Positions 23,690-37,890 of a stretch of DNA of 64,000 nucleotides are shown here, in pieces. A model generated the notes under the pieces. The model was not told where the DNA came from. It saw only the letters and a list, made by a program, of their open reading frames with translations, and ran no database searches. Within the stretch, counting starts at the first letter, position 1. Every line of letters starts with the position of its first letter. This DNA is from Octopus sinensis (Eukaryota), in contig NC_043002.1 of the NCBI RefSeq assembly GCF_006345805.1, forward strand, positions 84,630,001 through 84,694,000. Reading direction: 5' to 3'. The position numbers and the translations under genes were made by a program.

Positions 23690-25928
23690 AAAAATATTAG
23701 TCAAAATAGTTATCGTTTCATCAAAACACAATTCCGCGGGCTTTCTCGGTAAAATAAAGTTACAAAAACTTTCGTGTTCCAGAGTAGCAAGCTTCCGCAA
23801 AAAGAGCCTTGCCTTCCTTTCACTAGACTATCCCTTGCATTCCTCTTGGAATATGTCTTCCGAGAAATGCAGAACCACCTACATGGCAAAAAACTACCAG
23901 CCAATTGCATGCCAGAACTTAATGTATAAGATATATGCAACATACTTAAGCCTCTTCCTGCAGGACTATTGGGAAACCATTAACATCATAACAGCAGAGC
24001 AAGCAGCTGGGAAGAAGGGAAACTGGAGATGTGCCGAGAAATTGTTAATCAACAAAACTGTGATGTCAGAGATGCGAGAGTATAGGAAGATCCTAGCTTC
24101 AATATGGCTAGACTACAAGAAAGCCTTTGACTATGTTCCCCACTCATGGTTGATAGAAGCTCTTCAACTTGTTAAAGTTCCAGTCAGCATAGGCAAAGCT
24201 ATAGCTGACCTGACTTCGTGGGCCACCATTTTGAAATTAAACACGAAAATGACCGTATTATCACTAATAGAATACAGTGTCGCAAAGGCATATTTCAGGC
24301 GACATCCTCTCTGTGATGTTTATACTTTCTGTAAGCCCATTGTCATTCATGTTAAGGAAGTCTGAAGGATATCTCACTGGTTTACAAGGAATCAGAAATA
24401 TCAAGATTACACACTGTTTCTTTGTGGATGACTTGAAACTTTATGCAAAGAATATGCACGAGATGAAAAAGAACCTTGACCTAGTTACAACATTCTCAAA
24501 GGATGTAGAGTTGAAGTTTGGTCAGGATAAATGTTGTTATATGGTTGTGAAAAGTGGGAAAATAGTACACCAGAGTAGCAACATCTCAATCAACGACTTG
24601 ATTGCTTCCAGTATATCTGACGAGGAATGTTACAGGTATCTAGGGGCAACTGTAACAAAACACGTGTCACCAAAGAATATTACAGCCGAATAAAGAAAAT
24701 TTGGACCTCAGAACCCTCTGCATTCAATAAAACAGTGACACACAATGTGTTTGCAGTGCCAATATTCATACCATCATTTCGGCTGCTTGATTGGACGCTT
24801 GATAAGGTCCGAAACATTGATGTGAAAACCCGAAAAATACTAACAAGCACACATAATTTCCACATAAGCAGTGACGTATAGCACATCTACCTAAAACGAA
24901 GACAAAACAGCAGAGGCTTAACATCGATCCAAAATGCCTTTGAATGTCGTATCATATCCCTTCGGCAACATCTTTTAATAACTAAGTGTCGAAGTGCATC
25001 CTTTGACCAAGTTTGCATACATGAAGCTGATAACATCATAAGACATGTAAGGCAACTCCTTGAGCAACGTTCCTTGTCTGATAAACTTAAATACATGTCC
25101 TAAAAGTCGCATGACTCTACCGCAACGTATCATCAGATGAAAGGATGAGCCTATATGAGCAGAAGACTATGCATAGATATGTTAGTAGAAAGCTCCGAGA
25201 TGATATTAACATCGATCATCAAAGCAGTTTATCATGAAGCGAATAGCCGGATTATTACCTCCCGCTTTGAAGGGTATGCGTTTGCAATCCTGGAACAGGA
25301 AATATCAATCAAGTACTTGAAGCACAAAAGGGATAGAAATGCAAGAAAAGCTGTAAAATGTGACAACCGATGCAGACTTTGCAAAGTTAACACCGAAAAT
25401 ATCACCCACATCATAAACAGTTGTTCGGAAACATAATCACAGTATTATCTACTGATGAGACACGACGTTGTGGCCAGAACACTCTGTAATGAAATCTATC
25501 GGAAAGATAACTCCGAGGACAAAGAAGTAAGACCCCACAGTATGGTGGAAACCATAGCCACTCATAATAAAAAGGAGTACTGGTGGAATGTCCCAGTGAA
25601 ATCCTCAATAAAATGCAAGTATAACAAACCTGATATAATGATTTGAGATAGAGAAGAGAACCTGTACAGTTGTGGAAAATAGCTTGAGAAATTAAGCTTC
25701 TTAAAGCCAGAAAGGAGAAATCTAATTCGAAGACTACAGATCCAATCCATCAGTGGAACTGTGAAAATCTGTAAAAATCTGTAAAATCTGGAACTGTGAA
25801 AATCTGTAAAACTTTCCAGAAGTTTATCATTTAAATATATACGAGCATATCTAGATATGCAACAATATGCATGAGAATACATACATAAAACATAATATAC
25901 AAATCTGCACATATACATACATACATAC

Positions 25929-25959
<31 letters not shown>

Positions 25960-26110
25960 CATAGGTGCATACATACATACATACTTACGTACATACAAAC
26001 AAAAATATCATGTTGTTGATGTTGAAATTCCAATGAAGGAGCTTTGGATTTAGGTTAGAAACCGGCTCTTTCTCTTTTGGCAAGAAATCTTGAAATAAAC
26101 TGAATAATGA
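23690..26110 (+). mobile_element. RLE-type (R4-like) LINE, 5'-truncated, TACA-associated family
   Basis: RT motifs YQPIACQNLMYKIY, WLDYKKAFDYVPH and FFVDDLKLYAK. CCHC motif CRLCKVNTENITHIINSC, then RHDVVAR and NKPDIMI. The C-terminus is homologous to 12365-13363. The 3' region contains a (TACA)n tract and a gttagaaaccggctc motif shared with the 12365 copy. Confidence 0.88.
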
Positions 26111-26806
26111 CACACATACAAACAAACACACATACATCTATACATAACATACGTGCATACATAATACATACTATGTACATACATAGATACCTAATTCATA
26201 ATAGTACTATGTACGTACATACACATATACATAATACGTACTATGTACATACATACATTCATACTTATATACATAGATACATACACGCATATACATAATG
26301 TACACTACGTACATGCATACATATACACATACATGTATTTGTATTTATAAAACATATGTCGTGACTAACACTACAAAGGCAATTGTGAATTAAACTTCTG
26401 CACGGCACTTTCTCATCATCAACAAGATATAACAGTATAAAAGTTGCAAAGTGATGTTGAGTGAAGGAGAAAGGGGAAGTAACTGGGAAATATCCTGGTT
26501 GGGAGGATCGGTGATCGCGGAATAAAGGAATTATTGTATGGTGCTGTATTGTAATATAAAGCCACCAATTTGTCAATCAATAAACCACATAATAAACTTA
26601 CTTTCCCACTTCTTAATTTTAATCTGTCTCTCTTCCTCCTCCTCCCCTTCTCACTTCCTCCTCCTCCCCATCTCTCTCTTTCTCCTCCTCCTCTTCTCTC
26701 TCCTCCTCCTCCTCTTCTTCTTCTCTCCTCCTCCTTCTCTTCTTCTTCTCTCCTCCTCCTCTTCTCCTGTTCTCCCCTCCCCCTCTTCTCTCTCTTCCTC
26801 CTCCTT

Positions 26807-27256
26807 TTCATCCATCCGTCGATGCTTTCGGTGTCAGGAGTTGACCTGCTTTCTCTTCTGCGGGTCTTACGAATAGCAAAGGACCTCGTTGCGGTCGGAG
26901 GATCGCGGTTTCGATTCCCAGACCGGGCGTTGTGTGTGTTTATTGAGCGAAAACACCTAAAGCTCCACGAGGCTCCGGCAGAGGGTGGTGGCAAACCCTG
27001 TTGTACTCTTTCGCTCCAACTTTCCCTCACTCTTTCTTCCTGTTTCTTGTCCCCGACTTCCTCCGCAACCGCTGAGCCTGGATGCGCATTCATCCATCCG
27101 TCGATGCTCTCGGTGTTGGGGGTTGACCTGCTTTCTCTTCTGCGGGTCTTACGAATAGCAAAGGATCTCGTTGCGGACCTCTCCCACTACACGAGGCGCG
27201 ATCTTGCGAGCTCTGTGATGAAGACCGCTTCGCTCAACAAACAAACAAACAAACAA
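26807..27256 (+). mobile_element. Permuted SINE family B with tail type iv ending in (CAAA)n
   Basis: An 88-bp direct repeat (26807-26894 and 27089-27176) flanks a 5'-truncated B body. Confidence 0.8.
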
Positions 27257-27869
27257 GTACTACCAACACTTCCAACACCACCGTATCACTACCACCCCAC
27301 CTTCTTACATTGATAAATATATATAGTGACATATCCAGAGTTATTTGATGACCTTATGCTGCAACACGTTAGTTTCAAAACTGATGCGTTGTTTGATGGG
27401 AGTTCCAACCTTGCAATGTTTAGAAGTGGGTGGTACTTGTAAAATGGTTGCCTAACAACTGTTGTATACCATTGTTTGTATTTTAGATGTTTCATTACAA
27501 AGTAAGACAACATCAGCAGTGTAATTAAAATCTGCTAAAATTTTCTATAAATCCGTTCACTTCTTGTTTTTTTCATCTATGATTATTTTCTTCGTGATAT
27601 AGTTTATGAGAACAGCAAATACGAGAATAATTCTCTGCAGCGCTCCACTCACAACTTAAAATTAATTTCAGAGCTGAACGTGTACACTTACTCGACATTT
27701 ATCTCTCCAATATGATGCACATATTAGTTTGACATACATTTCAAGCAAATTTTAGTTAAATGATACCTTCCAAACAGCAACGCTGTGTATATTATCAAAA
27801 GCCTTTAAAAGATCAACAGAAATTATTACCAAAGGTTGCCTAAATTCCTCATATTGTATATTATGGCTG

Positions 27870-28196
27870 TGTGAAGGCGCGTGGCTTAATGACTAGGATA
27901 TTCGGCTCACGATCGCAAGGTCGTGAGTTCAGTTCCAGGCTACGCATTGTGTCCTTGAACAAGACACTTTATTTCAAGTTGCTCCAGTCCACTCAGCTAG
28001 CAAAAATGAGTAGTACGTGTGTTTCAGAGGGCCAGCCTTGTCACACTCTGTGTCACGCTGAATTTCTCTGAGAACTGCGTTAAGGGTTCACGTATCTGTG
28101 GAGTGCTCAGCTACATGTACGTTAATTTCACGAGTTAGGCTGTTCTGTTGATTGGATCAACTGGAACCCTCATCATCGAAACCGATGGAGTGCCAG
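27870..28196 (+). mobile_element. SINE family D (different head and CORE-like middle) with tail type ii
   Basis: Head gaaggcgcgtggcttaatg..gagttcagttcc and middle tgtgtccttgaacaagacacttt, then the same tail as 11241-11430. Confidence 0.85.
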
Positions 28197-29099
28197 TTTA
28201 TTATGGCTGAGCAAAAATATCTCTCACCAGAGACCAATGTATTAATTCCTTGGTATACTTTCCAATGAAATCAGTCTCCTATTCTGAATTAACCAGACAA
28301 CACTTTAACGTTATGCTATTCAGGGCTATAGCCCTCCAATTGTCATACCTTTGAAGCTAAAGATTAAGATATAGACATACTTTTGGCTTCCTAATCACAA
28401 AATCGTTCTTCCAATCTTTAGCTATTTCTTCAACATGTTCTTAAGGACGCAATTTACTCACACGCAGCATCTTTCAGAGCTTGTCGCTAATTCAGTTCTT
28501 AACCAAATTGAAAACTGTTAACTTTTTGGAAGAAGACTGGTCCCTAGCTATATTTTGGCATTTAAATCATTTGTAGCAACGTTATAGGAGAATAAGTAAC
28601 GACACCAATCATGTTTAGATTTTTTTTTATTTCAAAAGCAAAATATATTTATCTTAGCTTCAATGATAGAAGAAAGCATGAAGAATTTATTTCATAGTTT
28701 TGTTCCCATGCAACAAAAATTTGTATCATAAATGTTGTGAGGTAAAATCTGAAAAAATATAGGGCAAAAAATTGGATCTAAGTATAATTAACTTTTTTAC
28801 TTTAAAGACAAACTATATCTTAATTAAGTTTAAATGATTGAGTTCAATTCGAGGAATTTCATGGTATCAATCTCATGCATTGAAGTTTTGAAAGAAAAAA
28901 AGTTATGAGTGCTTGTTTATCAAATTTGAGGGTGATAATATAGTTCTATACTTTTTATGAATATAGTTCTGTAAGGGGACTTTTGATATATGTCACCGGC
29001 ATCATTGAAATAAGGAAAAAATTATCAATGACACCGCTAATTGACACATTTGACACATTATTAATTAGCATAATAGCATAGCCTGGGGAAAAAACATGG

Positions 29100-29961
29100 A
29101 TTGTATGGGAAAATGCGAGCAAGAAATAATGCTCTTAAGATTATAAACCTGGAAAATTACAGGATAAGTTATTACACTTGGAAAAGTTCAGGACAAGTTA
29201 TTACATCTTGTAAAGTAGATAACAAGAAAACTTTTACTTAAGATATTGCAGCTAAGGATAAAATTTGAATATAATTTACAAGTAACATTATTATTAAAAA
29301 AGGTACCATAATTTTGTTAAAATATTGACATACTAGAATACTTAAAAATGAGAACCAGAAGTATTAGTACAGCTAAAGTTTTATGCAATGTGGAATAGTA
29401 TATATGGTAAGTAAATTCATTATGTAAAAAATAGGCATTGGGTCAATACTAAAAATGTGAAGACTTGGCAATAACTTAGGCAATAACTCAAGCAATTTTT
29501 ACTGTGAATTTGTTGTTATAGGTAGATTTTACTGTAATATATAACTAATTTTTGTATTATTCCATTTATTGTACTAATTATGTACTACTATTATTTTTTT
29601 ATAACCTAATTTCAAATTTTTGATTATCATTTAATAATTAAATAAAATGAATTGTTTTAAAGTGCAAAAAATATTCTGAGTTATTTTAAATTTTTAATAG
29701 AAGTAACAAGTAATAACAAATAGAAGTAATAACTTGTAATAAAGTTTTTAGTTTTAATAAAAGCTAATATTTTCTAAATCTAAATATTTTATTTGAAATT
29801 TTATCCTCAGCTGCAATATTTTAAGTAAAAATTTTCTTGTTCTGTACTTTACCAGATGTAATAACTTGTCCCGAACTTTTCCAAGTGTAATAATTTGTCC
29901 TGTAATTTTGAGGGTTTATAGTTTTAACATTATTTCTCTTGCTCGCATTTTCCTACGCAAT
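29100..29961. mobile_element. AT-rich foldback/MITE-like element with ~170-bp imperfect terminal inverted repeats
   Basis: 29100-29270 is the reverse complement of ~29795-29961 (e.g. ggaaaatgcgagcaag..gatattgcagctaaggataaaattt versus aaattttatcctcagctgcaatat..cttgctcgcattttcc). No clear TSD. Confidence 0.75.
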
Positions 29962-30099
29962 ACGTTATGAAACAACTTCAGTGATTATCTGTTCTTGGCT
30001 TTCAAATTGTAATTCCGTCAAATTCAGTTGTTTTTCCATTTTTTAATTACTCAATGGTTGTTTGTATTTGTTCAACAGATTTTTCACGTACAATCACTT

Positions 30100-30940
30100 C
30101 TTCGTGAAACGTCCTGATTATGACTTTATTAAAATATCAATTCTACCTTCTTGAATGCTTATACAGGATGTTATTAATCCCCTATCATTACTAAACAGAG
30201 ACAATCTTGTTGCTGTAATCTCATTAATTATTCTATAAGCCTTTCTGATTCTTCTACTGCCTCTTACATTGATAAATATATTGTTTCACCTTTCACTTCC
30301 AAGAATATCCCTTCTTGAGCAACTTTTTATTTTTCTGTTGAGAATGAGAATCCTGTAGTTAGCTATTTCCACTTTAAGGTCCATCTTATTACCTTCCCGA
30401 GTCGTTTTTATTCTTTTTGTGTCTCAATGCTTTCCAATGTTTCCTCCAAAATCTATTTCCTATTTTAAAAATCTTTTTTCCAGTGTCCAGACATCTTTAG
30501 TAACATCCTGGATATGCTTTTTGTATGTTTCCCCACGTGCCATTTGCGCTTCGATATATTCTAACATCCGGCAGCGACATTTTACACTTCCCATCGTCGG
30601 GCTACACGACCTGTATGATTACTTTGTTTTTTTTTTTATCTGAAAATGTCCGACTATATTCATGAATATCCGTGTTTAAAGAGACCAAGTCCTGTCATGA
30701 AATTATCGGCTTCACGGAAGTTGATATGTCTTACATTATTTTCTTTAGCATCTCCATATATACCTATATATACACCTATCGTCTGTTCCATACCTTTGTT
30801 GCTTCAACCAGCTTTCGCATTCAGATCCCCAATCACAATTTTCATATCTCTTCTGTATACACAGTCAATTCTATCCTGCAACAGCTGGTCGAAAGAGACT
30901 ATCTCTTCATCAGTTGTCTCATTTATACCCATCATCAAAA
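30100..30940 (-). mobile_element. RTE-clade LINE apurinic endonuclease fragment
   Basis: Translates to INETTDEEIVSFDQLLQDRID..RDMKIVIGDLNAKAG..ENN, containing the APE GDLNAK motif. Confidence 0.7.
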
Positions 30941-31867
30941 GAAAAAAAAAACAAAAAGCAAAAAAAACCAACCCCAAAACAAAATAATACTAATGTTGCA
31001 TTGATTAGCTTTAAGTTTTACTAAAAACATTTTGTCTTTAGAAAAGATTTACTTTCAGACTATGACATTGAAGTCATTTTATTCAGAACCAAACCGATTC
31101 CCTCCCTCCCTCCCCATGTTATCTTCTTTTCCAGAGATGAAAAAATGTATTGCCTTCCATCTCAATTTTGCATTGTTCCAGAATCCCCTGCTTACCGTAT
31201 TCTTCAACCTAACACAGTTTTCAGAGAATACATATAGGGTGGAAGATGAACGGAATGAAAACACGTCACTATGGCTAATAGCCGTTCACGTATTAAGACA
31301 GGTTACCTAGGACTGACTCACCCATCTAACTTGTTCCATATCTTTGCCTTCATGTGATGGTCTTCATAAAAGTCACGGATGTCCGGCTAAACAAAACACG
31401 GAAAAGTCACTCTCAGTGCAGTGACATTAATGGAGTTATCGATATGTGGTAAGGCAGCATCTTCGCTGAGAGCTTTACATGCCCGGAAGCCGTTCAAAAT
31501 ATTTGAACGGTACTTTAATGGCGGCCGAAAAGGCAACAGACAAAGTTGTTCCCGGCAGGATTTGAACTCGAAGCGCAGGAACGTGCAACTCAAGCATTCT
31601 GTTCGACATTCAAATGATTCTACCATTTCTCCAGTATGTGTGTACGTGCGCGCGCGTGCAAGTGTGTAGATATGCAAATGTGTATGTACTTATGTATGAA
31701 CGCATATATAACAGGAGCAGAATTATCCTTATGCTTATACATTTATAATCTCTTGACCTATAAGTGGCTATAATAAAAATAAAGAGGAGAGGCAAGGATG
31801 TTGACTATGAACTCTAAAGTACTTTATCTTCACAACCTTTAACGAGTGTATGTGCGTGCTTGCATGA

Positions 31868-31910
<43 letters not shown>

Positions 31911-32331
31911 CATGCGTGTGTATGGGTGTGAACATGAATATGTGTTAGCACTTATGTATGAATGTACGTGTGTGTTTGTACATATATGTGTGTGTTTGCG
32001 GCGGATAAGTTTTACTCGTAAAATGGCTGCTGTTTTTATTATTGAGCTATTGCTCTCGAAGTGAATGGAGTAGCTTATATTAGCGTATTTTACACATGAG
32101 TCAAATACTTGTTGATTTCACTACTTTGTTTTTAGGTACAATGGTTATTTTATTTTATATTATTTTATTTTTCAAGAATGAAAGCTTTGATTCAATTGGC
32201 TTCTGTACATTGTATCACTGGAGTTCTATTGTTAAACTCTCCACCTCGCTCTCTTTCTCTCTTTACACACGCACACACATACACACACGTTGACAAACAT
32301 ACACATAAGCAGCATACACATTCTATCTATC

Positions 32332-32380
<49 letters not shown>

Positions 32381-32511
32381 CAATGTGTATGTGTGAATGA
32401 ATGTCATGTGTGTGTGAGTTGTGTGTATGTGCGATGTGCGTCTCTGTGCGTGCATGTGTGTGTATGTGTATGTGCGTATATAAGTATATATATATATACG
32501 TGCATAAATAT

Positions 32512-32586
<75 letters not shown>

Positions 32587-33081
32587 ATATATATATATAT
32601 ATATATATCCAGTGAGAATTTACAAAAAAGCCAAAAGACAAAGGCAGGTGTATAAACAACAAACAGATGTATTAGTTTAACGCTCGGGAATTGAGAAAGT
32701 CTTTTACGTTTCGAGCCTCCGCTCTTCGACAGAAAGGAACACATAAATATATATGTATTCTATTCTATATATATGTGTGTATGTTTATGTATGTATGTAT
32801 GTATCTATCTGGATAATACACATACACAACATACACCCACCCACCCACCCACACACGCACACATATACACACGCATATATAATTACTTTTTCGCGATCAA
32901 GTTTTCACGCCACTGTAATTGTCAGGCTAGACGTTGACCGCAATGAAAAACTTCGAAGCATCCCCCCCATATTATACTCTCTAGTACTTATTGAGTTCAC
33001 TTTTCCTCATTCATTGATAAAAGATCAACGTTTAACTACTCTATACACACACACAATCACACACAATCACACAAACACACA

Positions 33082-33123
<42 letters not shown>

Positions 33124-33459
33124 TATAATCTAAGCGTATTTTTTTCACTTTATTTTACTTTGTTTTAAGTACCGGTCAGCTGTTCTTTCTGTACTATCAA
33201 TATATATGTCTCTCTCCATCCCATTTTCTTCCTCTTCTTTTTTATTGTAATGTAGCTTTCTCTCACTTCATTTTCTCCCTTCTCCTCTTATTTTATTGCT
33301 TATTCTCCTTTCTCTTCGACAAATTCTTTTATCATTCTTCTTCTTCTTCTTCTCTTCTTCTTCTTCTTCTTCTTCTTCTTCTTCTTCTTCTTCTTCTTCT
33401 TCTTCTCGTCTGCACACACACACACCGACCGACCGACCGACCGACCGACACACACACGC

Positions 33460-33990
33460 ACACACACACACACACACACACATATTTTTCTCTTGCGGCT
33501 TTCTTCAGCTATCATTTAGATTTTTTTTTTATTTTACGCCTAGATAATCTGCCAACCGTCATATTTCATACATTTTAGGTTTTTAAATTTTACATTGTAA
33601 GCGTTTAAATCTCCGAAAGAAGCCTGTATGTCCCCAAAAAATCCTTAGTTGCAGTAAAAAGTAAAATGAACAAGAAACTGAGTAAAGGCGTTATAAAATC
33701 TCAGTTTTTATCGTACTTATGAACCATCCATCGATCCATCGATCTTATCGTTCTTATAATCGATCGATCGATCGATCGATCCATCCGTCCATGTGTATGT
33801 ATACACATACGCTCATATGTTACTGTATGGATGTAGGCGTGGCTGTATGGTAAGAAGCTTGCTTCCCAGCCACAGGGTTCCGGGTTCAGTCCCACTGCGT
33901 GACACTCTGGGCGAGTGTCTTCTACTATAGCCTTCGGTTGACCAAAGTCTTGTGAGTGGATTTGGTAGAGGGAAACTGAAAGAAGCCCGT

Positions 33991-34069
<79 letters not shown>

Positions 34070-34307
34070 TGTGTGTGTGAGAGTGAATGTATTTGTGTGT
34101 GTGTGTGTGTGGTCGTCCCACCACCATCGCTTGACAGCCGATGTTGGTATCCCTGTAACTTGGCGATTCGGCAAAAGAGACCGATAGAATAAGTACTAGG
34201 ATTACAAAGAATATGTCCTGGGGTCAATTTGCTCGACTAAAGACGGTGATCCAGAATAGCCGCAGTCAAATAAATGAAACAATATAAGAATAAAAGAATA
34301 CATACAT

Positions 34308-34345
<38 letters not shown>

Positions 34346-34865
34346 CACACACACACACATATTTTTCTCTTGCGGCTTTCTTCAGCTATCATTTAGATTT
34401 TTTTTTTATTTTACGCCTAGATAATCTGCCAACCGTCATATTTCATACATTTTAGGTTTTTAAATTTTACATTGTAAGCGTTTAAATCTCCGAAAGAAGC
34501 CTGTATGTCCCCAAAAAATCCTTAGTTGCAGTAAAAAGTAAAATGAACAAGAAACTGAGTAAAGGCGTTATAAAATCTCAGTTTTTATCGTACTTATGAA
34601 CCATCCATCGATCCATCGATCTTATCGTTCTTATAATCGATCGATCGATCGATCCATCCGTCCATGTGTATGTATACACATACGCTCATATGTTACTGTA
34701 TGGATGTAGGCGTGGCTGTATGGTAAGAAGCTTGCTTCCCAGCCACAGGGTTCCGGGTTCAGTCCCACTGCGTGACACTCTGGGCGAGTGTCTTCTACTA
34801 TAGCCTTCGGTTGACCAAAGTCTTGTGAGTGGATTTGGTAGAGGGAAACTGAAAGAAGCCCGTTG

Positions 34866-34945
<80 letters not shown>

Positions 34946-35170
34946 AGTGAATGTATTTGTGTGTGTGTGTGTGGTCGTCCCACCACCATCGCTTGACAGC
35001 CGATGTTGGTATCCCTGTAACTTGGCGATTCGGCAAAAGAGACCGATAGAATAAGTACTAGGATTACAAAGAATATGTCCTGGGGTCAATTTGCTCGACT
35101 AAAGACGGTGATCCAGAATAGCCGCAGTCAAATAAATGAAACAAATATAAGAATAAAAGAATACATACAT

Positions 35171-35215
<45 letters not shown>
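33460..35215. repeat. Tandem duplication of an ~877-bp unit containing a SINE C copy
   Basis: catatttttctcttgcggc occurs at 33481 and 34358. The copies differ only in microsatellite and homopolymer lengths as far as I can read. SINE C lies at ~33832-34300 and ~34705-35160. Confidence 0.92.
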
Positions 35216-35224
<9 letters not shown>

Positions 35225-35246
35225 TATATATATATACATGCATACA

Positions 35247-35322
<76 letters not shown>

Positions 35323-35350
35323 TGAGTATGTCAAATGATTATTCTATCGA

Positions 35351-37890
35351 AGGCAGCGAGCTGGCAGAATCGCTTGCACACTGGGTAAAATGTTTTGCGG
35401 CATTTCGTCCGTCATTGGGTTCTGAGTCAAAATTCCTCCGCGATCGACTTTGTCTTTCATCCTTTCAGAGCAGATAAAATATGTACCAGTTGGGCACCGG
35501 GATCGATATAATCGAAACCAATAATTAATCTATCAACTTAAACTAACGAAAAATGTGAGATTTAAAATTCACTCCAATGGTTTAAAGGCACTAAAATAAC
35601 TTAAACTATCAAAAATCACCTTTAAAAAACTAGAGCAATGTATATGCAAACACTGTCTACAATTTAGACAGATACATGCATACAGCAAGCTACTAAAGTA
35701 ATCCAAAAGAAACTCCAAAAAAAAACAAGCACGTATAACATTGATTAAAACCATACATTAAAATCATACATAACATTAAATGACCACAAATTATTTTTAT
35801 TATCCAATTCAAATCCTCAATGGGTAAAATAAAAGCCTAATTAGCAAACAAACACTCAGCCACTATAAACTAGAAAATAAAATAAACAATAGTACAGCAG
35901 AACTGTATCACCGCCATAATCAATGGTCTAGCAACATAGGAAACAAAACTTTTAAAATTCTTTTATCCAGTTTGAATTATGAAATTGCATCCATTCATTT
36001 TTAAACATCTTAAAATAATTACAATCTGAGAGAACATTAACTATCATAACTGACACAGATGTAGGTAAAATAAAAAGCGCAAGGAAGTCGTTCATAATTT
36101 ATGCAGACTCGTATTGACGAAGAGCCTTGTCGGCGTAGAAGTTTAAAATTTGGATGACTTATAAATCCTAGACCTTCATCGTCCCAAATAATGGTTTCAA
36201 ATTTTGACACAAGGCCAGTAATTTTGATAGGAAACGGGAGTCGATTGCATCGATCCAGTTTTCAACTGGTAATTATTTTATCCTCGAAAGGATGAAAGGC
36301 AAAGTCAACCTCCGCGGAACTTGAATTCGGAATGCAAAGATGGACGAAATGTCTAGAAGCCTTTTGACTGAAGCACAAACGATTCTGCTAGATCACTGCC
36401 TTCATCGCCCCAAACATTACACTCAAGTAATATAGAGATGAGAGACCAGTCTTCTCCTATAACATAGACAGGCTTATAAAAATATTGATTATCATATTGA
36501 AAGACACTAATTTCAAAACTAAAAATGGGAAATTACCCTGATTTCACACAGGAAAACCGCCCCATGCCGAAAACTAAATAAAAATACTAGATACATAACT
36601 CAAAGCTCTTCTTCCCACAGTTATATAAGATAATCAGAATAATACCAAACTTATCGTCTGACAGAAAATATTCAACAAAGGTGCCCCTATTATTATGTAA
36701 TATTAGAAAGAAGGAGATTCAGAGAAACTCAGGTTCATGGAGTAACATACTTAAAACATCATTAAATAACCCAGAAAGAGGAAAATACTGTGAAATGATT
36801 CTCCATACAGAACAAATGTAACTACAAATGTAACAAAGAACTTCCTGTCACTGATAAGCATGAGTTCTCCAATAAAGAGCCGGTGTCAAAAGATCTTTAC
36901 AAGAAATAATATAAAACCAATTACGGTCGTCTAGTCAAGATATAAGTTCTCACATTTCCTAGCAACCCTCTGAAATACTACACGACCCCAACACTAAATA
37001 TACTAACCTCTCACACGATGTGAAATGCCGTTCGAAAGTGTTGCATTATAAAACTAGAGCAAAAACAGCGGAGAATATTGGTTTCATATTTTGGCCCAAG
37101 TTCGGGGAACGAGATAACTCGATTACCTCGACCCCTGTGTCCAACTGGTATTTATTTTGTCGAGTTCGAAAGGAGAAAGGGCAAAGTCGACCTCGGTGGA
37201 ATTTGACTTCAGAACATAAAGAAGGACGAAAAACCGCTGAGCATTCTACCCTGCGTGCAAACAATTCTGCCTGCTCACCGTCTAAAACAGCTGAGACTAT
37301 TGGAATGGCAGTACATATAGCTAATAGAAAACACCTTTAAAATTCGGTTTACATAGCACATACATTCTTTTGAAACCAGAAAGAATGCAGTGGGATTTGA
37401 ACTAAGAGTGTAGTGAGTTGGAATAGCACTGAAAAGAATTGTCCAACGCTTTAACGGTTCTGTTACTTCTTCGCCTTAAGCCCTGAAATGAAATGTTCAT
37501 TAATTTTTCGAGAAAATCAACTCCGAGTGTAAACCGCAAAAGCCTTCACCTCTCCTGCTGGTATTTCTGTTACCCTTCAGGTATAATTATTGAACACGAC
37601 CGTTTTAACAGAAGCCTTTTAATGGTTACGCAATTTCAAATATGGTCAAGTTTGTACTCAACTTTCCCATACTAAATGTTTTTGCTGTTATTCTTACTAA
37701 CTGCTAAAGGCTGTGAGCTTAGCAGCATTTCGTCGTCCGTATGTTCTGAGTTCAACTTCTGCCGATGTCCACTTTGCCTTTTATCCCTTCGGGGGTCGGT
37801 AAAATAAGTACCAGTCGAGTACTGAAGTTGATGAAATAGACTATACCCCTCCTCCCAAATTTCAGGCCTTGTGCCTATAGTAGAAAGGGT
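35351..37890. mobile_element. Cluster of four diverged SINE A copies (~35351-35515 +, 36215-36400 -, 37095-37280 -, 37705-37890 +)
   Basis: Each copy has a ctttcatcct-type core and the remains of the gagttcaaatt B box. Confidence 0.8.

Noticed and set aside
21785-26110. RLE LINE nested in the Gypsy element
   Set aside because: The Gypsy sequence does not resume after the LINE and no TSD is seen. The two abut, probably through a deletion.
35540-37020. A-rich stretch with faint PLE/LINE RT-like words (QWFK, SMG)
   Set aside because: Too degraded to support a call without a profile search.
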